Positions 1-9,600 of a stretch of 64,000 nucleotides of DNA are shown piece by piece. Origin of the DNA: Candidatus Lustribacter sp. (GTDB taxonomy: Bacteria > Vulcanimicrobiota > Vulcanimicrobiia > Vulcanimicrobiales > Vulcanimicrobiaceae); contig OZ255842.1 in assembly GCA_965277805.1 (NCBI GenBank), positions 4,096,001-4,160,000 of the forward strand, in the 5' to 3' direction. Position 1 is the stretch's first letter. Every line of letters begins with the position of its first letter. The notes under the pieces are model-generated. The model was not told where the DNA came from. It made no database searches and was given only the letters and a program-made list of their open reading frames with translations. Position numbers and translations under genes: made by a program.

Positions 1-546
1 TTCATTCGCACGCAGGCGAGCATCGTCGCGCACGGCGCCGGCATGGTGCGCCCGACGATCTCGGATAACTTCGACTACGAGGGCGAACTCACGGTCGTCA
101 TCGGACGTGCCGGCCGCTTGATCTCACAGGCCGACGCTCTCAAACACGTCGCCGGCTACACGTGTTTCAACGACGGCAGCATCCGCGATTTTCAGAAACA
201 CTCGACGACGTCGGGCAAGAACTTCGAAGCGAGCGGCGCATGCGGACCGTGGGTCGTCACGGCCGACGAGCTGCCGGATCCATCGAAGCTCACGCTCGTC
301 ACGCGGCTCAACGGCACGGAAGTGCAGCGCTCGACGACCGACCTGCTCATTCACTCGATCCCGCGCATCATCGAGTACATCTCGATTATCACCACGCTCG
401 AACCGGGCGACATCATCGCGACCGGGACGCCGGCCGGCGTCGGCTCGCGCCGCACGCCGCCGCTCTGGATGAAGCCGGGCGACACGATCGAGGTCGACAT
501 CTCCGGCATCGGCGTGCTCTCGAACCCGATCGTCCAGGGCCGCTAG
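1..546 (+). CDS. Fumarylacetoacetate hydrolase family protein (5'-truncated by window edge)
   Basis: DYEGEL, NDGSIRD, GKNF and PGDIIATGTPAGVG FAH motifs; frame is open from base 1. Confidence 0.9.
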   Translation, partial: FIRTQASIVAHGAGMVRPTISDNFDYEGELTVVIGRAGRLISQADALKHVAGYTCFNDGSIRDFQKHSTTSGKNFEASGACGPWVVTADELPDPSKLTLVTRLNGTEVQRSTTDLLIHSIPRIIEYISIITTLEPGDIIATGTPAGVGSRRTPPLWMKPGDTIEVDISGIGVLSNPIVQGR

Positions 547-920
547 GCCCCGATCGACAACGCGATGTAGGTGAGGTTCTCGTCGCGGTCGTTGCGCAGG
601 CCGTGCACGCTGTTGCGCGGATGCACCGCGAACTGTCCGGCCTCAATCCGCTCTTGCCGCCCATCCTCCATCGTGACGATGCCGCCGCCGGAGACGATGA
701 ACCACGCGTGCGAGGTTTCGGGGTGCATGTGCACCGCCTGTTCTTCGCCCGGCGAAATCGTGATGACGACCGCGCGAAACTCATCGCCCACGTACATGCG
801 GCCGGCGCGCTCCTTCGTCTTACCGATCACCACGTGATCGGCGATCGTCATGATGCGCTCGTTCGGATCCGTTTTCGGGCGATCGGTGAAGCGCGCGGCG
901 ATGACCTTGACGTCGTCCAT
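543..920 (-). CDS. Cupin domain protein
   Basis: HMHPETSH and PRNSVHG cupin metal motifs; AAGGAG SD upstream. Confidence 0.85.
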   Translation of the reverse strand: MDDVKVIAARFTDRPKTDPNERIMTIADHVVIGKTKERAGRMYVGDEFRAVVITISPGEEQAVHMHPETSHAWFIVSGGGIVTMEDGRQERIEAGQFAVHPRNSVHGLRNDRDENLTYIALSIGA

Positions 921-949
921 ACGGCTCCTTGAGGTGGCGAACCAGGGAT

Positions 950-975
950 GGTAGAACTCTAACTACAACTCTAAG
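950..975. promoter_or_regulatory. Putative operator: two tandem imperfect palindromes in the divergent cupin/epimerase promoter
   Basis: GGTAG-AACT-CTAAC (950-963) and ACTAC-AACT-CTAAG (962-975); similar sites at 5317 and 8186. Confidence 0.55.
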
Positions 976-1023
976 GGCGCGCTCCGGGGAAGTCAACCGG
1001 GCCACGTGGGGGATAGGGATTTT

Positions 1024-1941
1024 ATGCGTATTTTGATCACCGGCGTGAGCGGTTACGCGGGGTACTACGCCGCGATGCGGCTGGCCGCGGCCGGCCACGA
1101 AGTGACCGGCATCGTGCGCAATCCCGATCAGCCGCGCTTGAACATCCTGCGTTCGCGCGAGATCAAGCTCGTCGTCGGCGACGTGTCGCAACCCGGCACC
1201 TATCGCGAGCTGCTCGCGAACAGTCACGTCATCATTCACACGATGCTCGACAAAAAGGCGCCGCTCGCGACCGATCGCACGCTCTTCGCCGAGATCAGTG
1301 CGCTGCCGCAAACGCCGGGTGCGCGACGGCGCTTCATCTACACCACCGGTTGCTCGATCTTCGGTAAACTCGACGTGCGCATCATGGACGAGACGACGGA
1401 ACCGAATCCGAAGCATTTTCTCGCCTTCCGCCGCGAGCTCGAAAAAGAGGCGCTGGCGATCGCGACCGTCGGCGTCGTGGTGCTGCGTCCCGGTTTCATG
1501 TACGGCAACGACGGCTACAACAGCCAGGCCACCGACTGGTTCGAGATGGGCGACTCGGGCGAGGGCATTTATCGCGGCGATCGCACGAAAAGCTGGTCGT
1601 GGATCCACATCGACGATCTGGCCGACGCGTTCGTGCGCGCGACCGAAGCCGGCCGCGAGATCGACGGCGAACTGTTCAACCTCGCCGACGACCGACAGCC
1701 GCTCTGCGTCGACGTGATGCGCCGATGCGTGACCGTGGCGGGCTACAACGGCGAGATCACGTTCGCCGGCCCGATGGAAGGCAACAACACGAGCACCTGG
1801 TTCGACCAGAACGAACTCATCACGTCGGAGAAAGCCCGCCGCATTCTGGGTTGGAATCCGCGCCACGCCGGCATCCTCGAAGACGCTCCCGCCGCCTACG
1901 CCGCGTGGAAAGCCTCACAGAAGATCGCCACAGGCGGCTAG
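1024..1941 (+). CDS. NAD-dependent epimerase/dehydratase family protein (extended SDR)
   Basis: ILITGVSGYAG Rossmann motif, LRPGFMYG, WIHIDDLADA. Confidence 0.85.
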   Translation: MRILITGVSGYAGYYAAMRLAAAGHEVTGIVRNPDQPRLNILRSREIKLVVGDVSQPGTYRELLANSHVIIHTMLDKKAPLATDRTLFAEISALPQTPGARRRFIYTTGCSIFGKLDVRIMDETTEPNPKHFLAFRRELEKEALAIATVGVVVLRPGFMYGNDGYNSQATDWFEMGDSGEGIYRGDRTKSWSWIHIDDLADAFVRATEAGREIDGELFNLADDRQPLCVDVMRRCVTVAGYNGEITFAGPMEGNNTSTWFDQNELITSEKARRILGWNPRHAGILEDAPAAYAAWKASQKIATGG

Positions 1942-2942
1942 CCCAGCAGCTGCGGCATCACCTCGCGCGCAAACAATTCGATCGACCGCAACGAATCGGT
2001 GTGCGGCATGTCGCCGAACGCGAACTGACCGACGAAATAGTTCGACTCGGTCTCGTCGATCTGGGCCTGGAGCGCGCGCAGCACCGTTGCGGGCGAGCCG
2101 GCGATCGCGACTCCCTCCGCCATCTGACCGGCAAACGTCGTCGGCCGTTCGCCCTGCATCGGCCCACGTCCGAACCGCCGGTAGAGCGCGTTGAAATTCG
2201 CGTACCAACGTGGGTAGGCTGCTTCCGCGATGGCGAGCGCGGCCTCGTCGCTCTCGGCAACGACGACGAAACGCACGATACCGGCGAGCAGATCCGGCGC
2301 CGCGGCGCGATGCGGCGCAAGCGTTTCGCGCACGCGCGCGAGCGGGTTGAGCGTGAGCACGTTGTAGCCGTTGCGTGCGCACCGCTCGGCACTTTCGGGC
2401 GAGCTGATACCATACCAAAGCGGAGGTCGCGGCAACTGCAAAGGGTGGACTTCGATCGGCACGCCGTCGTAGTGATAAAAGCGGCCGTGGAAGTTGAGCA
2501 TGCCGCCGCCGAAGCCTTGCATGATCACATCATGCGCCTCTTCGAACATCGCCAGAGTGAGCTCGGGGTCGGCGCCGCAATACCGCGCCTCGATCGGGGA
2601 TATGCCGCGCCCGACGCCGACATCGAGGCGTCCGCCGCTCATCTGGTCGAGCATGCACAGCTCTTCGAGCAGCCGCAGCGGCGCATAGAGCGGCAAGAGA
2701 TAGACGAGGGCACCCAGGCGCAGCCGCTGCGTGCGGCCCGCAACCATAGCGAGAAACACGTTCGGCGATGACGCGAGGCCGAGCGGCGTCGCATGATGCT
2801 CGGCGATGTGATAGCTGTAGAAGCCGAGGCGATCGTAGCATTCGGTCAACGCCAGCCGCTTGGCAAAGAACGCCGCCGTATCCGGACTGCCGCGGTCCAG
2901 GTGGTCGAACACGCCGATGTGACGCACCGTTGGACGCGCCAC
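1938..2942 (-). CDS. Luciferase-like (LLM class) flavin-dependent monooxygenase
   Basis: GVFDH, AEHH, LDQMSGGRLDVGVGRG, GSPATV; GTG start overlaps the upstream TAG. Confidence 0.9.
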   Translation of the reverse strand: MARPTVRHIGVFDHLDRGSPDTAAFFAKRLALTECYDRLGFYSYHIAEHHATPLGLASSPNVFLAMVAGRTQRLRLGALVYLLPLYAPLRLLEELCMLDQMSGGRLDVGVGRGISPIEARYCGADPELTLAMFEEAHDVIMQGFGGGMLNFHGRFYHYDGVPIEVHPLQLPRPPLWYGISSPESAERCARNGYNVLTLNPLARVRETLAPHRAAAPDLLAGIVRFVVVAESDEAALAIAEAAYPRWYANFNALYRRFGRGPMQGERPTTFAGQMAEGVAIAGSPATVLRALQAQIDETESNYFVGQFAFGDMPHTDSLRSIELFAREVMPQLLG

Positions 2943-4093
2943 TAGCGGGCGACGCCTCGAATGGCGGCGATATCCCACGATTCGAACGGCTCGCCCAGGC
3001 GGGCTTTGCGCGCCCAGTCGGGATCGTTGAGCAGCGCACGCCCGCAACCGAAGAGATCGAACTCATCGCGTTCGAAGCGCGCGCGCAGCGCGGCGAGGTT
3101 ATTCGCCGATTGCGGCGGCTCGTGCGAGTCCGGGTCGTAATGTCCCACGCTCATCCCCACCGCGCCGACGCTCATCGTCTTGCGCCCGGTCAGTTTTTTC
3201 GCCCAGCCTGCGAGATTGAGATTCGAGCCCGCAAAGACGGGTCGGTCGAAGTTGTGTTCGCTGCAGTCGAACATGTCGACGCCGGCATCGGCGAGCGGAC
3301 CGACAACGTCTTCCAGCTCGGCCGCCGTCCGGGCCAACTGCGCGCGATCGTCTTGATGCTTCCATTGCGACATGCGGTAGAACACCGGCATCGTCTCGCC
3401 GCCTTCACGCCGCAACATACGAATCAGTTCGCTTGCGAAGCGCGTGCGCTCGCGCCGGTTCCCGCCCCAGCGGTCCGTGCGAAGGTTCGTTTCTTCCCAC
3501 AGAAAAGAATCCGGCAGATAACCGTTCGCGCCGTGGATCTCGAGGCCGTCGAAGCCGAGCTCCACGGCTTTGCGCGCGGTGCGCGCATACGCTTCGATGA
3601 TCTCGAGGATCTCGGCATCGGTCAGTTCCGGTCCCGGCACCGCGAGGCGTTCGATGAACGCGCGTTCGACGTGCGTCGGCCGGCCGGTCGGCCCGTAGAT
3701 ACCGGACGGGCGCGCCGACGGCGCGTCGGGATGGAAGCCGGTGCCCGGCGTGCGCATCACGCCTAGATGCCACAACTGCGCGACGATCTTGCCGCCGCCT
3801 TCGTGCACGAGATCGACCACGCGCTTCCAGCCCGCAACCTGTTCGTCGCTGATCAGTTCCGGAATGGCACACGGGCGTTCAACGTACACGCCGGTCGCAG
3901 CGGGATGATCGACGGCGATACCGCCGGTGAAGATCAAGCCGGCTTCGCCGTCGACACGGCGGCGATAGAACTTCGCGATGTTCTCGCCGACGACGCCGCC
4001 CGGCGCCGCGTTGCGGTTCATCGGCGACATTGCAACGCGATTCTTGACCGTCAACCCGCGCAAGCTGAACGGTTCGAAAAGACTATCGCCCAT
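2942..4093 (-). CDS. NADH:flavin oxidoreductase (Old Yellow Enzyme family)
   Basis: KNRVAMSPM, QLWHLG, GFDGLEIHGANGYL, NLRTDRWGG, GRALL. Confidence 0.9.
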   Translation of the reverse strand: MGDSLFEPFSLRGLTVKNRVAMSPMNRNAAPGGVVGENIAKFYRRRVDGEAGLIFTGGIAVDHPAATGVYVERPCAIPELISDEQVAGWKRVVDLVHEGGGKIVAQLWHLGVMRTPGTGFHPDAPSARPSGIYGPTGRPTHVERAFIERLAVPGPELTDAEILEIIEAYARTARKAVELGFDGLEIHGANGYLPDSFLWEETNLRTDRWGGNRRERTRFASELIRMLRREGGETMPVFYRMSQWKHQDDRAQLARTAAELEDVVGPLADAGVDMFDCSEHNFDRPVFAGSNLNLAGWAKKLTGRKTMSVGAVGMSVGHYDPDSHEPPQSANNLAALRARFERDEFDLFGCGRALLNDPDWARKARLGEPFESWDIAAIRGVAR

Positions 4094-5276
4094 TGAGCGG
4101 CTGGCCGCCGAGTTTGCTCACCGGCACGAAATCGCCGCGCGCGCTATCCCAGCGCACCATGACGATCGCGCCCTGCCCGATCCCGCGCTGCGCATACTGC
4201 GGGTAGTCGTAGACGCCGTTCGCGCCGACCCAGCCCTTCGAGCTGATCATCGCATCGCGCAGCTTCGTCGCCGACGTATCGAGCCCGACTCGCCGCAGCG
4301 CATCGATCATGAACATCGTCGGATCCCACGAACTGATCGCGACTTGATCGGGAACGGCGCCGGCGGCATGAAACGACGTAACGAGTAGATTCATTGCGGC
4401 GCGCGTCTTCGCATCGACGCCGGACGTGCCGCCGTAATATGCCATACCGGGCAAGAAGCTCACGTCGGTGAGCACCGGTGCGTACTGCTTCGTAAACGGT
4501 TCCGTCATATTGCCGGGCGAGAGCAGCACCGGAATGTTCAGGCCGGCATCGTGCATCCCGCGCAGCGCCGTGCCGCCGGGCGTACCCGTGGCCCAGGCCA
4601 GCAACACGTCGGGTTTCGCCGCTTGAATACGCGCGAGCTGGGCCGAGATCGAGATGTCGGAAGCGCCGAAATGCTCGCGATCGACGATCTCGACACCCTT
4701 GTTCTCCGGCAATGCGGCGTTTTGGAGAATACCCTGCTCCGCATCCTGTCCGCTGGCATCGGTCGTGACGAGATACGCCATCTTCTTCCAGCCGCGATCG
4801 CGGAAGTAGCGCATCGCGACGCCGATCAGATCGGGCGTTGACGTGAGCGTCGAGAACACGTACCCGCCGGGCGTCGGCTTTGCGCCGGCCGTGAGGCAGT
4901 ACATCACGGGGCCGCCGTTCGCGACGAGCGGCATGATCGCGTTGCACGACGCGGTGAGCGACGGACCGACGACGAGCGGCACCTTCGCGGCGATGAGCGC
5001 CTGGGTGAGCTGAATGTCGACCTGAGGATTGGAGGCGTCGTCTTTGAGGACGAACTTCACCGGCCGGCCGTTGATGCCGCCCGCTTTGTTGATCGCGGTC
5101 TCGGCGATCTGAATCGCTTGCCACTGACCCTGACCGACGAACGTGCCCGGTCCCGTCATCGACAGGATGACGTTGATCTCGTATGCGTCGGCCGCAACGG
5201 CGACGTGTGCGGGGCCGAAGGCCGCGATCGCGATGCTCGCAATAACGGCCGCCTTGATCCAACGGTACAACTTCAT
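4083..5276 (-). CDS. ABC transporter substrate-binding protein (LivJ/PBP1 type)
   Basis: Signal peptide, SMTGPG, INKAGGINGRP, DDASNP. Confidence 0.85.
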   Translation of the reverse strand: MKLYRWIKAAVIASIAIAAFGPAHVAVAADAYEINVILSMTGPGTFVGQGQWQAIQIAETAINKAGGINGRPVKFVLKDDASNPQVDIQLTQALIAAKVPLVVGPSLTASCNAIMPLVANGGPVMYCLTAGAKPTPGGYVFSTLTSTPDLIGVAMRYFRDRGWKKMAYLVTTDASGQDAEQGILQNAALPENKGVEIVDREHFGASDISISAQLARIQAAKPDVLLAWATGTPGGTALRGMHDAGLNIPVLLSPGNMTEPFTKQYAPVLTDVSFLPGMAYYGGTSGVDAKTRAAMNLLVTSFHAAGAVPDQVAISSWDPTMFMIDALRRVGLDTSATKLRDAMISSKGWVGANGVYDYPQYAQRGIGQGAIVMVRWDSARGDFVPVSKLGGQPLNGR

Positions 5277-5316
5277 GAACCATCCTCAACTAAGCAGCAG
5301 GAACTGATTTGCCCTC

Positions 5317-5330
5317 GTTAGACTTCTATC
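5317..5330. promoter_or_regulatory. Putative operator palindrome between divergent SBP genes
   Basis: GTTAG-ACTT-CTATC, matching sites at 950 and 8186. Confidence 0.5.
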
Positions 5331-5359
5331 ATTCTTCTCTATCAAGCGGAGGGCGGATT

Positions 5360-6538
5360 GTGAAAAGCGTTGTCCGATGTGCCGCGTTAGCCGCGGCGAT
5401 CGCCTTGCTCCTGGGTCCGGCCCCGCGCGCCGCAGCCGCCGATCCGTTCGATGTCTACGTCATTGCGCCGCTGACCGGCAGCAACGCATTCTCGGCGAAA
5501 GACGCGCGCGATGGTCTCAACGCGTTGCAGACGAGCGTCAACGCGACCGGCGGCATTCGCGGACGGTCGCTGAACTTCGTGTATCTCGACACGCAGTCGA
5601 GCCCGCAGATGGCAGTGCAGCTCACGAACCAGATCTTGCCCAAGCATCCCTCGCTCATCATCGGCGACGTCTCGGTCGCCGGTTGCAACGCGATGTCGGC
5701 GTTGCTGAAGAACGGACCGGTAGAGTTTTGCCTCTCGCCGGGGTTCCGGCCGGAAAAGGGCGGCTACACCTACACGATCGGCCTCTCCGCGATCGACGAG
5801 GCGAAGGTCATCTGGCGCAATTTGCGCGAGCGCGGCTGGGACCGCATCGCGCTGCTCGTCGGCAGCGATGCGACGGGCCGTCTCGCCGAGCCTGAGTTTC
5901 AAGAAGTCGCGGCGCTGCCGGAAAACCGCGCGACGCAAATCGTGACGGTCGAGCACTTCAACCTCACGGATGTCACGGTTGCGGCGCAAGTGGCACGCAT
6001 GCGCGCCGCCAACGCCCAAGTGGTGATCGCGTGGGTGAACGGCTCGCCGTTCGGCACGGTGCTGCGTTCGATGAAAGACGCTGCGTTGAACTTGCCGGTC
6101 GTCGGGATCACCGGCAACCTCTCGTACGACGAGCTGCACGCGTTTGCCGCCGCGCTGCCGCCGCAACTGCTGTTTTGCTGGACCAACGTGCCGGCCGCGG
6201 ATCAACCGATCCCGAACGGGCCGCTGAAGGCGATGCAAACGCAGTATCTGCAAACGTTCAAAGCGCTCGGGATCAAGCCTGAATGGGGTCAAGCGGCAGC
6301 ATGGGACACGGCGCTCGTCGCGATCGCGGCGTTGCGCGGTGTGGGAACCGATGCGACGGCCGATCAACTCCGCACGTACGTCAACGGCATGCATGGCCTC
6401 GCCGGCGTTCAGGCCGTCTTCGATTTTCGCAGCGGCGATATGCGCGGCTTGCCGGTCGACGCGGCACGCATGCTCGAGTGGGACGGCGCCAAAGAAACCT
6501 GGACCGTGGCCAGCGGGCCCGGAGGAGCGAGACTGTGA
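5360..6538 (+). CDS. ABC transporter substrate-binding protein (LivJ/PBP1 type)
   Basis: GGAGG SD before GTG 5360, signal peptide, PLTGS, VNATGGIRGR, DTQSSP. Confidence 0.85.
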   Translation: MKSVVRCAALAAAIALLLGPAPRAAAADPFDVYVIAPLTGSNAFSAKDARDGLNALQTSVNATGGIRGRSLNFVYLDTQSSPQMAVQLTNQILPKHPSLIIGDVSVAGCNAMSALLKNGPVEFCLSPGFRPEKGGYTYTIGLSAIDEAKVIWRNLRERGWDRIALLVGSDATGRLAEPEFQEVAALPENRATQIVTVEHFNLTDVTVAAQVARMRAANAQVVIAWVNGSPFGTVLRSMKDAALNLPVVGITGNLSYDELHAFAAALPPQLLFCWTNVPAADQPIPNGPLKAMQTQYLQTFKALGIKPEWGQAAAWDTALVAIAALRGVGTDATADQLRTYVNGMHGLAGVQAVFDFRSGDMRGLPVDAARMLEWDGAKETWTVASGPGGARL

Positions 6539-7413
6539 CCACCGCCTTGCCGCGCGTCGGCTTCATCGGCACCGGGAACATCGGCCAGCCGATCATTCGC
6601 AGCATGCTGCGCGCCGGCTATCCGGTCGCGGTTTGGAATCGTACGCCGGCGCGCTACGCCGACTTGGTGGCGGCGGGCGCGACGGCCACCGCAACGCCGC
6701 GCGAACTCGCCGCGCAGAGCGACATCCTGTGCGCGATGCTCGTTGAGGCCGCGCACTTGGACGCGCTGCTCGAAGGGTCCGACGGCATCCTCGCCGGCGT
6801 GAAGCCGGGCAGCATCTTCATCGACATGGCCACCAGCGGACCGCGTCATGCGCAATGGCTCGAAGGCGTGTTCGCCGGGAAATCCGTCGCCGCGCTCGAC
6901 GTTCCGGTGCAGGGCGGCGTCAAAGCAGCCGTCGATGCGACGCTCACCGTGATGGCGGGCGGCAGCAAGGAAGCCTACGAGCGCGCGCTGCCGCTCTTGC
7001 AATCGATCGGGAAGAAGATCGTGTACGTGGGCGGCGCAGGCTCCGGGCAATTGACGAAATTGTGCCATCAAGTCGTGCTCGCCGTAACGCTGGAGGGAAT
7101 CGCCGAAGCATTCGCGCTGGCGAAAACGTTCGGCGCCGATCAGGGTGCCGTGCTCGACGTGCTGAGCAACGGTCTTGCGAGCGGCCCGATCTTCAAGAAC
7201 AGCGCCCACCGCATCCCGGTTCGTGATTGGACGCCCGGCCGGCCGATGTGGCTCTACGAAAAAGACGGCGTTAATCTGTCCGAAACGTTAGCCGGAACGT
7301 CATTGGACCTGCCGATCGCGCGCGAGGTCTTCGAGCGCATCCACAAAGTGGTCGAGGGCGGCAGCGGCGATAAAGACGAGATGGTGCTCTACACCCTCCT
7401 CGATCCCGGTTAG
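6535..7413 (+). CDS. NAD(P)-dependent beta-hydroxyacid dehydrogenase family protein
   Basis: VGFIGTGNIG, VWNRT, LDVPVQGG, GSGQLTK; GTGA overlap with upstream gene. Confidence 0.88.
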   Translation: MTTALPRVGFIGTGNIGQPIIRSMLRAGYPVAVWNRTPARYADLVAAGATATATPRELAAQSDILCAMLVEAAHLDALLEGSDGILAGVKPGSIFIDMATSGPRHAQWLEGVFAGKSVAALDVPVQGGVKAAVDATLTVMAGGSKEAYERALPLLQSIGKKIVYVGGAGSGQLTKLCHQVVLAVTLEGIAEAFALAKTFGADQGAVLDVLSNGLASGPIFKNSAHRIPVRDWTPGRPMWLYEKDGVNLSETLAGTSLDLPIAREVFERIHKVVEGGSGDKDEMVLYTLLDPG

Positions 7414-8153
7414 ACGCCCTCGAGGCCGCCGCGGTGGCGCGCGGTCTCTTCGTGGTAGTGGTAGTGCTTCTTCATGACGATCGGCTGGCACATCTGTTTT
7501 GCAGCGCGAGCCAGTTCGTCGCCCTTTAACGTGCGCGGTGTGCCGAGGTTGTTCGCCATGCACTGGATGCGAGCGTTCTCGGCCACGAGCACGGTGCGCG
7601 CCACGGCCTCTTCGAACGTCGCACCGATCACGACGACGCCGTGGCCGCGAATCACCAGCACGTTCTCGCTGCCGAGATGATCGGCGAGTATTTCACCGCG
7701 CTCGATCGACGTGATGATGTTCGGGTCGTCCCACACCGGCGCCCGTTCGGGCAGAAAACCCGCGGCCAAATGCACCGGCATCAGCGGGATGTCGACGATC
7801 GAGAGCGCGATCACGTGCTCGGGATGCGTGTGCACGATCGCCTTGACGTCGGGCCGGCGCCGGAACACGGCGAGATGAATCGGCAGCTCGCTCGGCGGTT
7901 CATCCCCTGAACCGATGCGCTTGCCGGTCGTGAGGTCGACCGGCACGATGTCCTGCGCGGTGAGCGTCGAACGGCTCGCCTTGCGCGAGTTGATCCACAG
8001 CCGATCGGGATCATCGGCATCGCGAACCGCGAGGTGACCGCTCATGTGCATCACGCCGGCAGAGTTGAGCACGCGCACGGCACGTGCGACGATCAGGGCG
8101 TAATCGGCACCGGGTACGAAGGCCGCGGAAACCGGTTCGGCGACTTGAGTCAT
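7410..8153 (-). CDS. Class II aldolase/adducin family protein
   Basis: SGHLAVR, PSELPIH, IVHTH, IRGHG. Confidence 0.88.
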   Translation of the reverse strand: MTQVAEPVSAAFVPGADYALIVARAVRVLNSAGVMHMSGHLAVRDADDPDRLWINSRKASRSTLTAQDIVPVDLTTGKRIGSGDEPPSELPIHLAVFRRRPDVKAIVHTHPEHVIALSIVDIPLMPVHLAAGFLPERAPVWDDPNIITSIERGEILADHLGSENVLVIRGHGVVVIGATFEEAVARTVLVAENARIQCMANNLGTPRTLKGDELARAAKQMCQPIVMKKHYHYHEETARHRGGLEGV

Positions 8154-8185
8154 GCTGACTTCCCCAATGAACTTGCAGGGATGCG

Positions 8186-8199
8186 TTTAGTTCTCTAAC
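8186..8199. promoter_or_regulatory. Putative operator palindrome between divergent aldolase and decarboxylase genes
   Basis: TTTAG-TTCT-CTAAC, preceded by CAGGGATG as at the 950 site. Confidence 0.55.
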
Positions 8200-8207
8200 T
8201 AGGAATC

Positions 8208-9185
8208 ATGACCTTGAAAACTCCCTTGACGTTCGCCTGCGGCGCGTACGACCGCACCTTGCCGCTGATGACCCGCGAAGTTACCGTTGACGATGTCGAT
8301 CTCAACTACGTTGTGGTCGATGAGCCGCGCGAAATCTTCGACCGTATGGCCGGTGGCGAAGGCTTCGATCTCGCCGAGATGTCGCTCTCGGAATTCATCT
8401 GCCGGTACGACGCGAAGCAAAATCCGTTTGTCGCACTGCCGGTCTTTCCGTCGCGCGTGTTCCGGCACAGCATGATCACCGTCAACCGGAAAACCGTGCG
8501 CACGCCGGCGGACCTCGCGGGCAAGCGCATCGGCGTGCCGCTCTACACGATGACGGCGGCCGTCTTCCAACGCGGCATGCTGCAGCACGATCACGGTATC
8601 GATCTCTCGACCGTGCACTGGGTGGAGGGCGCCACGAACGCGCCGACGAGTCACGGCGACCCGACGGCGATGCCGTTGCTGAAACCGGTCGATCTCGAAA
8701 AGAACACCTCCGGCAAGTCTACGGGCGATCTCTTGAGCGAGGGCAAACTCGATGCGGTGATCGGCACGAGCCTGCCGCTGGCGATGAAGACGAATCCCGA
8801 CGTCGTGCGGCTGTTTCCCGATTTTCGCGCGGCCGAACAAGACTACTACACGCGCACGGGCATCTTCCCGATCATGCACGTACTCGTGATCCAACGCGAG
8901 ATCTACGATCGCGACCCGTCGATCGGCCCGCGCCTCTACAAAGCGTTCGAAGAAGCGAAGGCGCTCTCGCGCAAACGCATGATGCGGCTGCAAACGCTCT
9001 CGTACATGATTCCCTGGATGATCGCCGATGTCGAAGAACAGGAACGCATCTTCGGCGGCGATGCCTGGCCCTACGGCGTGGAACCCAACCGCGTCACGCT
9101 CGAAGCGCTCGTGACGTATCTGGCCGAGCAGCACATGATCTCGAAAACCATGCCGATCGAAGAACTCTTCGCACCTACCGCCTAA
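8208..9185 (+). CDS. 4,5-dihydroxyphthalate decarboxylase-like protein (OphC/Pht5 family)
   Basis: YDRT, FDLAEMSLS, PVFPSRVFRHS, IFPIMH, WPYGVEPNR. Confidence 0.8.
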   Translation: MTLKTPLTFACGAYDRTLPLMTREVTVDDVDLNYVVVDEPREIFDRMAGGEGFDLAEMSLSEFICRYDAKQNPFVALPVFPSRVFRHSMITVNRKTVRTPADLAGKRIGVPLYTMTAAVFQRGMLQHDHGIDLSTVHWVEGATNAPTSHGDPTAMPLLKPVDLEKNTSGKSTGDLLSEGKLDAVIGTSLPLAMKTNPDVVRLFPDFRAAEQDYYTRTGIFPIMHVLVIQREIYDRDPSIGPRLYKAFEEAKALSRKRMMRLQTLSYMIPWMIADVEEQERIFGGDAWPYGVEPNRVTLEALVTYLAEQHMISKTMPIEELFAPTA

Positions 9186-9197
9186 GGACTACCGCAC

Positions 9198-9596
9198 ATG
9201 CTGAACGAGGAATATTACGAGAAGGGCATCGCGCTCATGGGCGCGGTCATGGGGCCGGAGTGGATCGCCGCCTCACGCAAGAAGCACGACGAGGCGGTTG
9301 CGAACGGCGACGCCGAGCGCAGTGACTTCTCAACCGAAGTCCTGTTCGGGTTCATGTTCAACCGCCCGCAGCTCTCGCTGCGCGATCGCGCGCTGGTGAT
9401 GATCGCGAACGATATCTCGGAGAATGCCCCGAACGCGCTCCGCTCGCACGTGCAAGTCGGCCTCTACGCCGGCATCACCCGCGACGAAATCCGCGAGATC
9501 GTCTTCATGATGACCCAGTACTGCGGCCACCCACGCGCCCGCGAAGCCGACATCACGATCAGCGCCCTATTCAACGAACTAGACGCCAAAAAATAA
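9198..9596 (+). CDS. Carboxymuconolactone decarboxylase family protein
   Basis: RPQLSLRDRAL, LRSHV, GITRDEIRE, YCGHP. Confidence 0.8.
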   Translation: MLNEEYYEKGIALMGAVMGPEWIAASRKKHDEAVANGDAERSDFSTEVLFGFMFNRPQLSLRDRALVMIANDISENAPNALRSHVQVGLYAGITRDEIREIVFMMTQYCGHPRAREADITISALFNELDAKK

Positions 9597-9600
9597 CGGC

